Shown here: piece by piece, positions 8,634 through 16,516 of the stretch
How positions within the stretch are numbered: the stretch's first letter is position 1
Layout of the letters: every line of letters starts with the position of its first letter
Origin: Chlamydiia bacterium
GTDB lineage: Bacteria; Chlamydiota; Chlamydiia; Chlamydiales; Parachlamydiaceae
NCBI GenBank assembly: GCA_038257035.1
Contig: JBBSJT010000040.1
Location: 1-18,717, forward strand
DNA: 18,717 bases
Direction: 5' to 3'
Notes under the pieces: generated by a model
Seen by the model: only the letters and a program-made list of their open reading frames with translations
The model's database searches: none
Told to the model about the DNA's origin: nothing
Program-made: the position numbers and the translations under genes

Positions 8634-9056
8634 ATGAACAATATTTCAAATTCCTTTGAAACAGGCACTGTAGAAGGATTGAAAAGCGAAAGTCACGTAT
8701 ATGGTATTGGTTGTAATTCTTACGACACAATAAACATCTTTATTCCTTCCAAAAAATTACTCATTTTAAATGATGGTTCTGTGCATTTTTCGGATCATTC
8801 CATGCCAACTAAAAAAACAGAAAATGTCCTAAGACACTACATAGATAGATGCAATAACAAAGAAATAAATTTTGATCAAGATGAGCTTAATGTACTTATG
8901 AATCAAGCTAATAAGCAAGCAAGCGAAAAAGTTCAGATACCCTTTAATTTAGTGGAAGAAATGGATGCACTCCTTTATGAAAAGTTAGAGATCGAAAACA
9001 AGAAAAAAGTTATCGAGTTCAAGATTGCCGAGTTATCAAAAAAATTCTTCCTTTAA
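8634..9056 (+). CDS. hypothetical protein, 140 aa, coiled-coil-like C-terminus
   Basis: ORF with RBS, ending 3 bp before the pgeF start. No motif recognised. Confidence 0.7.
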   Translation: MNNISNSFETGTVEGLKSESHVYGIGCNSYDTINIFIPSKKLLILNDGSVHFSDHSMPTKKTENVLRHYIDRCNNKEINFDQDELNVLMNQANKQASEKVQIPFNLVEEMDALLYEKLEIENKKKVIEFKIAELSKKFFL

Positions 9057-9059
9057 TCT

Positions 9060-9806
9060 ATGATCAGAAAAGAAAAAAATGGGATCCATACCCTTCAATT
9101 TGAGATCTTTGAACAATTTAAAAATTTAGAATGTGCTATATTCTTGCGTCAAGGAGGCTTTAGTTTTGGAAATTTCCAATCACTCAATTTAAGCTATACT
9201 GTCGGAGACGTTTTTGAAAATGTAAAGAAAAATGAAGAAAGTATTTTCAATCATCTTGATATTAAAAAAGTTGTAAGAGGGAATTTATCTCATGGAATCA
9301 CTATTGCTGAAGCATCCAATGTATTGGAAACAGATTCCTTTGACGGTATCATTACAAATCAACCAAATCTTGGGCTGCTTATAACACATGCTGATTGCCA
9401 AGCTGCATGCTTTTACGATCCGGTCAATCATGCCATCGCAAATGTTCATTCAGGCTGGAGGGGAAGTGTACAAAATATCTATAAGAATGCAGTGGATAGA
9501 ATGATTCAAAATTATGGGACAAATCCAAAAAATTTGATCGTTGGCATCACACCAAGTTTAGGACCTGTTGATGCTGAATTTATTCATTATAAAAAAGAAT
9601 TGCCAAAATCATTTTGGTCGTTTCAAGTAAAACCAAATTTTTTTGATTTTTGGCAAATCAGCAAAATGCAATTAATAGCGTGTGGAATACCTGACGATCA
9701 AATCGAGATTGCATCCATAAGCACTTTTTCAAATCCGCAGGATTTCTTTTCTTATCGATTGAACAACATCACCGGTAGAAACGCCACCCTCATCACCCTC
9801 CGGTAA
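9060..9806 (+). CDS. pgeF: peptidoglycan editing factor PgeF / YfiH (laccase-domain, purine nucleoside phosphorylase family)
   Basis: RQGGFS..SLNLS..VGD, DGIITNQP, THADC, NVHSGWRGS, ITPSLGP and FFSYR...TGR motifs. Confidence 0.93.
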   Translation: MIRKEKNGIHTLQFEIFEQFKNLECAIFLRQGGFSFGNFQSLNLSYTVGDVFENVKKNEESIFNHLDIKKVVRGNLSHGITIAEASNVLETDSFDGIITNQPNLGLLITHADCQAACFYDPVNHAIANVHSGWRGSVQNIYKNAVDRMIQNYGTNPKNLIVGITPSLGPVDAEFIHYKKELPKSFWSFQVKPNFFDFWQISKMQLIACGIPDDQIEIASISTFSNPQDFFSYRLNNITGRNATLITLR

Positions 9807-9837
9807 ATCCACATGGGTATTAATTTAAACGATAATA

Positions 9838-9943
9838 TTTTTTACCAGTGAGTCAGTGAGAAAGACATGAGGACAGTGAGGGGTTATGATTAAAAGACCC
9901 CTCACTGATCTCATGTCTTTCTCACTGACTCAATGGTAAAAAA
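9838..9943. repeat. palindromic element B: 47-bp inverted arms containing CAGTGAG sub-repeats
   Basis: Left arm 9838-9884 TTTTTTACCAGTGAGTCAGTGAGAAAGACATGAGGACAGTGAGGGGT pairs with 9897-9943 with 3 differences. Loop is about 12 nt. Confidence 0.95.
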
Positions 9944-9979
9944 ATAAGAAACGTAGAAAAATATTTGGTATTGTTGGTA

Positions 9980-10007
9980 AAAGAACCAGCTTAAAAGCTG
10001 GTTCTTT
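9980..10007. terminator. probable bidirectional intrinsic terminator between pgeF and the autotransporter gene
   Basis: AAAGAACCAGCTT-AA-AAGCTGGTTCTTT perfect hairpin, 9 bp from the stop codon at 10017. Confidence 0.75.
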
Positions 10008-10016
10008 ATGAAGGTG

Positions 10017-11498
10017 TTAATAGGCGCGTTGGAAGCGAAGGGTTAAGCGCTGAGTGATTTGTTGACGATTGAGTTCCGCATCGTAATTAAAAGAAATAAT
10101 GTATTGCGAGCTTGTTTGCACTTCAAGCCCAAATCCCGGACATACATAGCCTAAAGGTTTTCTTGATCCAAAAAAATCAGCTTTTTCAAAATTGTTATAA
10201 TTAACAAAACCTGCCTCAAAACGATCCCCTTGTAAGACTTGTTTACGAATGTAGCTAATAGTAAAGCTCGGACGAAACCATGCACAATTATATGGAATAC
10301 AACCTTTCAATGTTAAGCCTCCTTCAACACGTAATAAATGGGCATGATTTGCTTTTATTCTTAAGTTAAGGCTTCTTGCTTGATGTTCATCATGGCCATC
10401 TTGATCAACAAAATTGTAATCAACACTTCCAAAAGGAATAATATCTAATCCGCAAATCGTGAGTTTTCCACCGATTCCAATATGACTTAAAATTCCATAA
10501 CCACGAAAACGGCTTCTTGCTTCGCGATCAATCCCACATCTGCAAGGCGGTGGTGGTCTTCTGCAGCATGCTTCATCAATCTCACCTTCTTCTCCGTTCA
10601 ATTGACAGATGCGGCAGCAGCAATCATCCCTTCCATCATCTTGACGCGCACAACCTCCCGATTCGCAGGGCGTTTCACAGTTAGGACGACGATGGCGATT
10701 TCTCTTTTTGCAACGTTGTTTTTCTCTATTGTCACAATAAAAATCTTCATATTCTTCTAGAAATTTTGTGAATTTTATATTTCTTACAGTTTTATAAAAA
10801 CTGTAACTTCCAAGAACTGCAGCATCCACATAAAAATGATCATAAATCGATGAGCCATAAACGCCAAAATACCCTGTGTGAGAGTCGGCAGTACCATATC
10901 CCTTTTTCCAGTGGAGATCAGAATAGGAATACCCTAGTCCAAAACCCAAAACTGTATTTTTGTTAGGCTGGTTGTCAACACCGAGCATGATTCCGGGCGT
11001 TGAGGAGCGATAGCCTTGCAATTGACAAATATTTGTCTGATTGACAAAATTTCCAAATGGTGTAAACCACATTACAGAAGGGCCAAGATTGCAATCTCCG
11101 TAAAGACAATCATTAAACGTTTGGCATTTATCAAACCGTAAAAATGAATTTCGACCTAAAAATGTTTGTCGAACGGTTTGCATGTTTTCATTCGTCAATA
11201 ACGTCAGATCTTGAAGTAAAGCCGGATGCAGTTTGTCTAACGCTTCAATAAATTTCTTAGCATCTAACGGTAACTCGCAAATAACGTGAGCAAGATCACT
11301 GTGTGGCCTTACATCCAAAGAGTCAATATAATCTTTTACTCTTTGAGCATTTCCGCAAAATGTGACAATATCGGTTGGCACAGGAATTGGGGTAAGGGCT
11401 GCAAATAAAGGAATTGAGCAACATAAAGCTAAAAAAGTTAACCCCATTTTTAATCGAGGCATTATTTTAAAACTGTTATCGATGAGAAAAAAAGTCAT
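10017..11498 (-). CDS. autotransporter beta-barrel domain outer-membrane protein with very short passenger and a Cys-rich insertion
   Basis: Signal peptide (..LTFLALCCSIPLFA), linker helix ALDKLHPALL, barrel strands WFTPFG, GIMLGVD, VLGFGLGYSYSDL, YVDAAVLGSY, IIPFGSVDY and ISFNYDAE, C-terminal aromatic (FQRAY). The true start may be a downstream Met. Confidence 0.85.
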   Translation of the reverse strand: MTFFLIDNSFKIMPRLKMGLTFLALCCSIPLFAALTPIPVPTDIVTFCGNAQRVKDYIDSLDVRPHSDLAHVICELPLDAKKFIEALDKLHPALLQDLTLLTNENMQTVRQTFLGRNSFLRFDKCQTFNDCLYGDCNLGPSVMWFTPFGNFVNQTNICQLQGYRSSTPGIMLGVDNQPNKNTVLGFGLGYSYSDLHWKKGYGTADSHTGYFGVYGSSIYDHFYVDAAVLGSYSFYKTVRNIKFTKFLEEYEDFYCDNREKQRCKKRNRHRRPNCETPCESGGCARQDDGRDDCCCRICQLNGEEGEIDEACCRRPPPPCRCGIDREARSRFRGYGILSHIGIGGKLTICGLDIIPFGSVDYNFVDQDGHDEHQARSLNLRIKANHAHLLRVEGGLTLKGCIPYNCAWFRPSFTISYIRKQVLQGDRFEAGFVNYNNFEKADFFGSRKPLGYVCPGFGLEVQTSSQYIISFNYDAELNRQQITQRLTLRFQRAY

Positions 11499-11518
11499 AA
11501 TTCACTCGCTTAATGTTG

Positions 11519-12226
11519 TTAAAAGGGTAATCCCGTATCGGTTTGATCGGCTTTAGGACCCGTGGCTCCTTGATAGCGCTCATCTGATAGAAGGCTCAAT
11601 GGTTTTTTGTGCTTATCCTGATAGTGTTTTTCAGCGGCACGTCTTAAATTTACGATATGAAGACTTTTGTAATAAGGTTCGACCCGCTGATGCCAGTTCT
11701 CGGAGTTGACATTCCAAAGATTAAATTCGTTGGTTATATCAAAGGCATAAAAATAAGAGTAATCATTTTGAAGCATGATCCAGTGTACATATCTTTTATC
11801 TAAGTAAAGTCCAAAATAACTTTCAAATTTAATACATATGTCAAGATTTGCAGTTGTGATCGGGTGATGAGCAAGGTAATCGCCAAGAAATGGATCGGTG
11901 TTTAAATTTTCTATCAATCCCTCGGTGATGTCCACGAGCAATTCTCTTGCCTCTCGAAGTTCCAGGATGGTTTGAGTTATAAAATTTAATCTTATCGTTT
12001 TAATAAAGACATTACCATAGCCATAAGAGATAGAAGATTCTTCCAAACGCAACTGCTTATCATGTTCTAATTCAACTGCGTAGGGAATGATGATTTCCAT
12101 CACGGTTTCTGTGTCAATAGCAGGCCCTATAGCCGGCTTCTGGTTTACGTAGCAACTTGACAAACTGATTGATGCCACTGCTACCAACAAAAATCGACTG
12201 ATTAAACTGCTTTTTGGAGAATTCAT
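11519..12226 (-). CDS. hypothetical lipoprotein
   Basis: Hydrophobic N-terminus ending in a lipobox-like LSSC. ATG 12226 preferred over TTG 12238 because GAGAG lies upstream. Ends 20 bp before the autotransporter ORF, so probably co-transcribed. Confidence 0.75.
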   Translation of the reverse strand: MNSPKSSLISRFLLVAVASISLSSCYVNQKPAIGPAIDTETVMEIIIPYAVELEHDKQLRLEESSISYGYGNVFIKTIRLNFITQTILELREARELLVDITEGLIENLNTDPFLGDYLAHHPITTANLDICIKFESYFGLYLDKRYVHWIMLQNDYSYFYAFDITNEFNLWNVNSENWHQRVEPYYKSLHIVNLRRAAEKHYQDKHKKPLSLLSDERYQGATGPKADQTDTGLPF

Positions 12227-12297
12227 TGTCACTCTCAATTTATTTTTGATTTTTAAAAATGCATGGTATTCGATTATCCCATAATTTGAAAAGGAAA

Positions 12298-13248
12298 TTA
12301 TGTATATTTCTTATACCATTCCACAAATAGTGGCACACCTACTTCTAGGCTTGTTTTTGGAAAAAACTTTAAGTCTTGCTGGCTTCGTTCAATATCTGCA
12401 AATGTTGAGGTAACATCACCAAGTTGCATCGGTTTAAAAATTTTTACCGCTTTTTTACCAATGCTATTTTCTAAAATTTCAACAAATTTTAAAAGCTCTA
12501 CCGGTTGATGATTTCCCAAATTAAAAATCTTTAAAGGCGATTCCAAATCAACTGCAGAAACAATACCATCGACGATATCATCGATGTAGGTAAAGTCTCT
12601 CATCATTTTTCCGTCATTAAAAAGATGAATGGGCTCATCCTCAATAATTGCCTTGGTAAATAAGTAACAAGCCATGTCAGGGCGGCCCCAAGGTCCGTAG
12701 ACAGTAAAAAAGCGAAGACCAGTTAATGAGATATTGTAAAGGTGATGGTAAGTTTCAGCCATAAGCTCGTTGGTTTTTTTTGTAACCCCATAAAGACTCG
12801 CTTGTCTGTCCGTACGATCATTTTCTGAAAATGGAACTTTGCTGTTTAAGCCATAAACAGAAGATGAAGAGGCGTAGGTGACCTTAATTGTAGGAAAGCG
12901 CCTACAAGCTTCTAAAATATTTAAAAAACCACTAATATTTGCTTTAATGTATTCATGGGGTTGTTCTAGAGAATAGCGAACACCGGCCTGTGCTGCCAAA
13001 TGCACAATGTGTGTGATCTGGTTTTTTTCAATGCAATCATTTAAAGCTTCAGCATCGATAATGTCAGCATCAATTACATCAACACCTATTTCTTTAAGTA
13101 GATGTTCGCGGTCCCTTTTTAACTTTGGAAAATAATAGGAATTAAAGTTATCATAACCTAGCACAAGGTGTCCGTTTGATTTAAGTCGACTCGCTAAATG
13201 GAAGCCAATAAAGCCTGCGGCTCCCGTGATCAGTATGCGCTTTTTCAT
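12298..13248 (-). CDS. NAD-dependent nucleotide-sugar epimerase, UDP-glucuronate 4-epimerase-like (extended SDR)
   Basis: ITGAAGFIG, HLAAQAGVRYS, YASSSSVYG, catalytic YGVTK, LRFFTVYGPWGRPDMA and RDFTYIDDIV. Confidence 0.93.
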   Translation of the reverse strand: MKKRILITGAAGFIGFHLASRLKSNGHLVLGYDNFNSYYFPKLKRDREHLLKEIGVDVIDADIIDAEALNDCIEKNQITHIVHLAAQAGVRYSLEQPHEYIKANISGFLNILEACRRFPTIKVTYASSSSVYGLNSKVPFSENDRTDRQASLYGVTKKTNELMAETYHHLYNISLTGLRFFTVYGPWGRPDMACYLFTKAIIEDEPIHLFNDGKMMRDFTYIDDIVDGIVSAVDLESPLKIFNLGNHQPVELLKFVEILENSIGKKAVKIFKPMQLGDVTSTFADIERSQQDLKFFPKTSLEVGVPLFVEWYKKYT

Positions 13249-13294
13249 ATTACTTAAAATTTAACCTTTTATATTGAGTTCAAAAAAAAACGAT

Positions 13295-13927
13295 ATGGAA
13301 AATTTAAACAATTGTCAATTACTAAATAAACCGATTGTTGCAGCATTTGATTTTGATGGAACAATGACAAAACATGATTCTTTGTACGATTTTTTTAAAT
13401 ATAGTGCAGGAACTACTAAAACCTACTTTAAATTTTTTCAGCATATTCCAAAATTCATAGGATTTGGATTAAAAATCTTTTCAAGAAAAGATTTGAAAGA
13501 AAGCTTGTTAAAAAGTTTCTTTAAAGGCATGTCCATTGCTGATCTTCGTTTAAAGGGTGAATCTTTTGCCAACAATGTCATCCCCACACTATTAAAAAAA
13601 GAAGCTATGGCCAAGCTTAAATGGCATAAGGAACAAGGCCACCGCTGTATTTTAGTGAGCGCAAACATGGATTTTTATCTTGATTATTTTACGAAAAACA
13701 ATCAATTCGATGATTGTCTATGCACAAAAGCTGCCCTTGATGAAAAGGGATTGGTCACAGGGTATATACAGGGCAAAAATTGCAGAGATGAGGAAAAAGT
13801 GCGTCGCTTAACCGAACTACTAGGCAGCAAAGAAAATTATATACTTTATGGTTATGGTGACAGTGATGGCGACAAAGAGCTGCTCGATTTGGCCGATTAC
13901 CCTTTTTATAGGGTTTTTAAAAGCTAA
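13295..13927 (+). CDS. HAD-superfamily IB hydrolase (phosphoserine-phosphatase-like)
   Basis: Motif I AFDFDGT, motif II LVSA, motif III K in NCRDEEK, motif IV YGDSDGD. ATG 13295 preferred to TTG 13274. Confidence 0.9.
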   Translation: MENLNNCQLLNKPIVAAFDFDGTMTKHDSLYDFFKYSAGTTKTYFKFFQHIPKFIGFGLKIFSRKDLKESLLKSFFKGMSIADLRLKGESFANNVIPTLLKKEAMAKLKWHKEQGHRCILVSANMDFYLDYFTKNNQFDDCLCTKAALDEKGLVTGYIQGKNCRDEEKVRRLTELLGSKENYILYGYGDSDGDKELLDLADYPFYRVFKS

Positions 13928-13948
13928 AGGTGGATTAAAGGGTAAAAC

Positions 13949-14156
13949 AAGAAGGGATTTTTAAGGACTAAAAGGACAAAAAGGACAAAAAGGACAAAAA
14001 GGACGATTTATACCTCCTTGGTGTATTATCAAGGCATTTTAAAATTAACAAATTTTTTTATAAAAATGGTTTGAAAAACGGTTTTCAAGGCGGTGGAAAT
14101 GTCCTTTTAGTCCTTTAAGTCCTTTTTGTCCTTTTAGTCCTTTAAAATCCCTTCTT
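13949..14156. repeat. palindromic element C: 56-bp inverted arms made of five 9-nt AAGGACWAA repeats
   Basis: GGAC at 13965, 13974, 13983, 13992, 14001 and GTCC at 14101, 14110, 14119, 14128, 14137. Arms 13949-14004 / 14101-14156 differ at 4 positions. The stem extends imperfectly to 14020/14086. Confidence 0.95.
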
Positions 14157-14178
14157 CAAGTTATTTAAAGTCCATCCC

Positions 14179-15231
14179 CTAATTCCTTTTCAACAACTGA
14201 TGAATGGCGGTGGCGACTTCTTCAACGCTGATCGATGTCATGCATTTAAAGTCAATCGGGCAAACGCGCTTATAACATGGTGAACACTTTACATGCTTAT
14301 GAATAATGTGACTGTTACCGAACGGCCCTGTTTTCACATCGCTTGTAGATCCAAATAAAGCAACAAGTTTGGTTTGAAGTGCGTAAGCAATATGCATGGG
14401 ACCACTATCATTTGTTAAAAATACTGAACATTTTTGAATGAGTGCCATTAATGTTCTTATTGTAGTTTTTCCTGCAAGATTAATCACTCGTTCACCCATT
14501 CCATCACAAATGGCATTGACCAAAGATAAACCCGCAGGATCTCCAAAATAAATAAGATAGACGTTAGGGTCTTGAAGAAGACGTTCATTTAGGGCTTTAA
14601 AACGTTCAGGAAGCCAGCATTTGGCAGAACCGTAAGCGGCTCCAGGATTTATCCCAATGATCGTGTTTTTCTTCAGATCTATATCTAATTGTAAAAGCAT
14701 CTGATCTGCAGCAAGAGATTCTGCTTGATCAACATAAAGTTTTGGAAGGGTTTGACTTAAAGGAATACCAAGAGGCTCAAGCAACATTTTATAGGTGATC
14801 ACCAAATGTTGCTTTTCAATATTTTCTGGCAAAGGCACTGCGGTTGTTAGTAAAAAATTTCTAAAATTGTTTTTGTATCCAATTCTATTTTTTACATTTC
14901 CCCAATAAAACCACCAGGCTGATGAGAAGGAATTTGTAAGTAAAATACCAAGATCATATTTGCCGAATTTTAATTGATCAACAATTTCAAGATGCGCTTT
15001 TCGATGAATCCAACCATTGGGTTTTATGAAGCTTAGAATTTCATCGATGTTAGGATTATGCTTTAGAACAGAAGCAATATTGGATTGGCACATCGCAGTA
15101 ATTTTTGCATCTTTAAAATGAGCTCTCAAATCGTTTAAAACCGGTGTTGCCATACACAGGTCACCAATCCAGTTTGGCATGCGGACAATAATATTTTTGG
15201 GTGGGTTTTTTGACGAGATAGAATACTTCAT
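14179..15231 (-). CDS. waaF: lipopolysaccharide heptosyltransferase II-like glycosyltransferase (GT9)
   Basis: IVRMPNWIGDLCM, LLTNSFSSA, INPGAAYGSAKCW, NLAGKT, LTNDSGPMHIA..L..LVALFGST and CSPCYKRVCP. Confidence 0.9.
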   Translation of the reverse strand: MKYSISSKNPPKNIIVRMPNWIGDLCMATPVLNDLRAHFKDAKITAMCQSNIASVLKHNPNIDEILSFIKPNGWIHRKAHLEIVDQLKFGKYDLGILLTNSFSSAWWFYWGNVKNRIGYKNNFRNFLLTTAVPLPENIEKQHLVITYKMLLEPLGIPLSQTLPKLYVDQAESLAADQMLLQLDIDLKKNTIIGINPGAAYGSAKCWLPERFKALNERLLQDPNVYLIYFGDPAGLSLVNAICDGMGERVINLAGKTTIRTLMALIQKCSVFLTNDSGPMHIAYALQTKLVALFGSTSDVKTGPFGNSHIIHKHVKCSPCYKRVCPIDFKCMTSISVEEVATAIHQLLKRN

Positions 15232-15322
15232 TCTTATTTTTCTTCCTTAATATTAACTATATTTGTACGATAACACTTTAATTACAGAAAGGTCAAGAGA
15301 TTGTCATGAAGAGAGATTGCAA

Positions 15323-16354
15323 GTGAAAGAGACCCAAGTTCTTGATGAACGGATTCTTATTGTCAATCAATTGAATACGAAATTGAAAATAGCAGACAAA
15401 TACTATTCAGTAGTTGAAGATTTATCTTTTGAGCTTTTTAAAGGCAAAACTTTAAGCATCGTCGGAGAATCGGGATGTGGAAAAACTTTCACAGCCCTTT
15501 CAATCATGCGCCTTCATTCAAATCCACCGGTTTTACCCTCAACCGGGGAAGTGATCTATAAGGGTCAAAATCTGCTACAAATTTCAGAAAATGAAATGAG
15601 AAAAATCAGGGGCGGAAAAATTGCCATGATTTTTCAGGACCCCTCAAGTGCGCTAAACCCCGTTTATACAATTGGCGATCAACTATTGGAATCGGTTGCC
15701 TTGCATCGCGGTTTATATGATGATGAAGCTTATGAATGCGTTATTAATGCCTTGAATGAAGTTCATATTGCATCACCTGCCGCAAGGCTCGATGATTATC
15801 CTCACCAACTGTCAGGCGGAATGAAGCAGCGCATCATGATTGCCATGGCCTTGATCGGGCAACCTGATATTTTAATTGCCGATGAGCCTACAACGGCACT
15901 CGATGTGACCATTCAGCTTCAAGTTTTAGAGCTCATTCGCCATTTACAGGAAAAAAATAAAATGGCTCTTTTGCTTATCACGCATGACATGGGAGTTGTT
16001 GCTGAAATGGCTGATGAGGTGATAGTTATGTATGCCTCTAATAAAGTAGAAGCTGCAACAGTCAATCAAATTTTTGACAAAATGGGTCATCCTTACACAC
16101 TTGGCTTGTTTCAATCAAGACCGAATGACAGAAGCGATAGAGGTCATCTTAAGGCGATAAAAGGCTCTGTGCCCTCTCTTACAAATTATCCGACAGGTTG
16201 CAGATTTAGTCCAAGATGCCCCTTTGTGATGGAGCGTTGCAAACAGCAGATTATTCCAAATTTTGATATTGGAGATCATCATCTGGTTAAATGCTTACTG
16301 CATGATGGTACAACTTTATCTCAAGAAAAATTACAGGAGCATCCTTTAATATGA
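15323..16354 (+). CDS. oppD: oligopeptide/dipeptide ABC transporter ATP-binding subunit (OppD/DppD-like)
   Basis: Walker [42 protein letters not shown]-terminal [11 protein letters not shown] Fe-S motif. Start uncertain: GTG 15323 is likely, while the ORF is open from TTG 15263. Confidence 0.9.
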   Translation: MKETQVLDERILIVNQLNTKLKIADKYYSVVEDLSFELFKGKTLSIVGESGCGKTFTALSIMRLHSNPPVLPSTGEVIYKGQNLLQISENEMRKIRGGKIAMIFQDPSSALNPVYTIGDQLLESVALHRGLYDDEAYECVINALNEVHIASPAARLDDYPHQLSGGMKQRIMIAMALIGQPDILIADEPTTALDVTIQLQVLELIRHLQEKNKMALLLITHDMGVVAEMADEVIVMYASNKVEAATVNQIFDKMGHPYTLGLFQSRPNDRSDRGHLKAIKGSVPSLTNYPTGCRFSPRCPFVMERCKQQIIPNFDIGDHHLVKCLLHDGTTLSQEKLQEHPLI

Positions 16355-16516
16355 GCCGGGTTTTACTAAATATCGAAAATTTACATGTGAATTTTCCAAT
16401 TTATGATGGTATTTTAAGAAGAGAAGTGGCTAGTGTAAAAGCTATTAGAGGTGTTGATTTAGTTCTGAATGAGGGTGAAATTTTAAGCATCGTCGGAGAA
16501 TCGGGATGTGGAAAAA
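15451..16516 (+). repeat. 35-bp exact direct repeat shared by the oppD and oppF Walker A regions (15451-15485 and 16482-16516)
   Basis: TTTAAGCATCGTCGGAGAATCGGGATGTGGAAAAA is present identically at both sites. Confidence 0.95.

Noticed and set aside
10017..11498. Calling the autotransporter a polymorphic membrane protein (Pmp)
   Set aside because: It lacks the repeated GGA(I/L/V) and FxxN passenger motifs and a long beta-helical passenger.
6854..14156. Repeat clusters as CRISPR arrays
   Set aside because: Units are 8-9 nt, directly tandem with no unique spacers and arranged as inverted arms; no cas genes are present.
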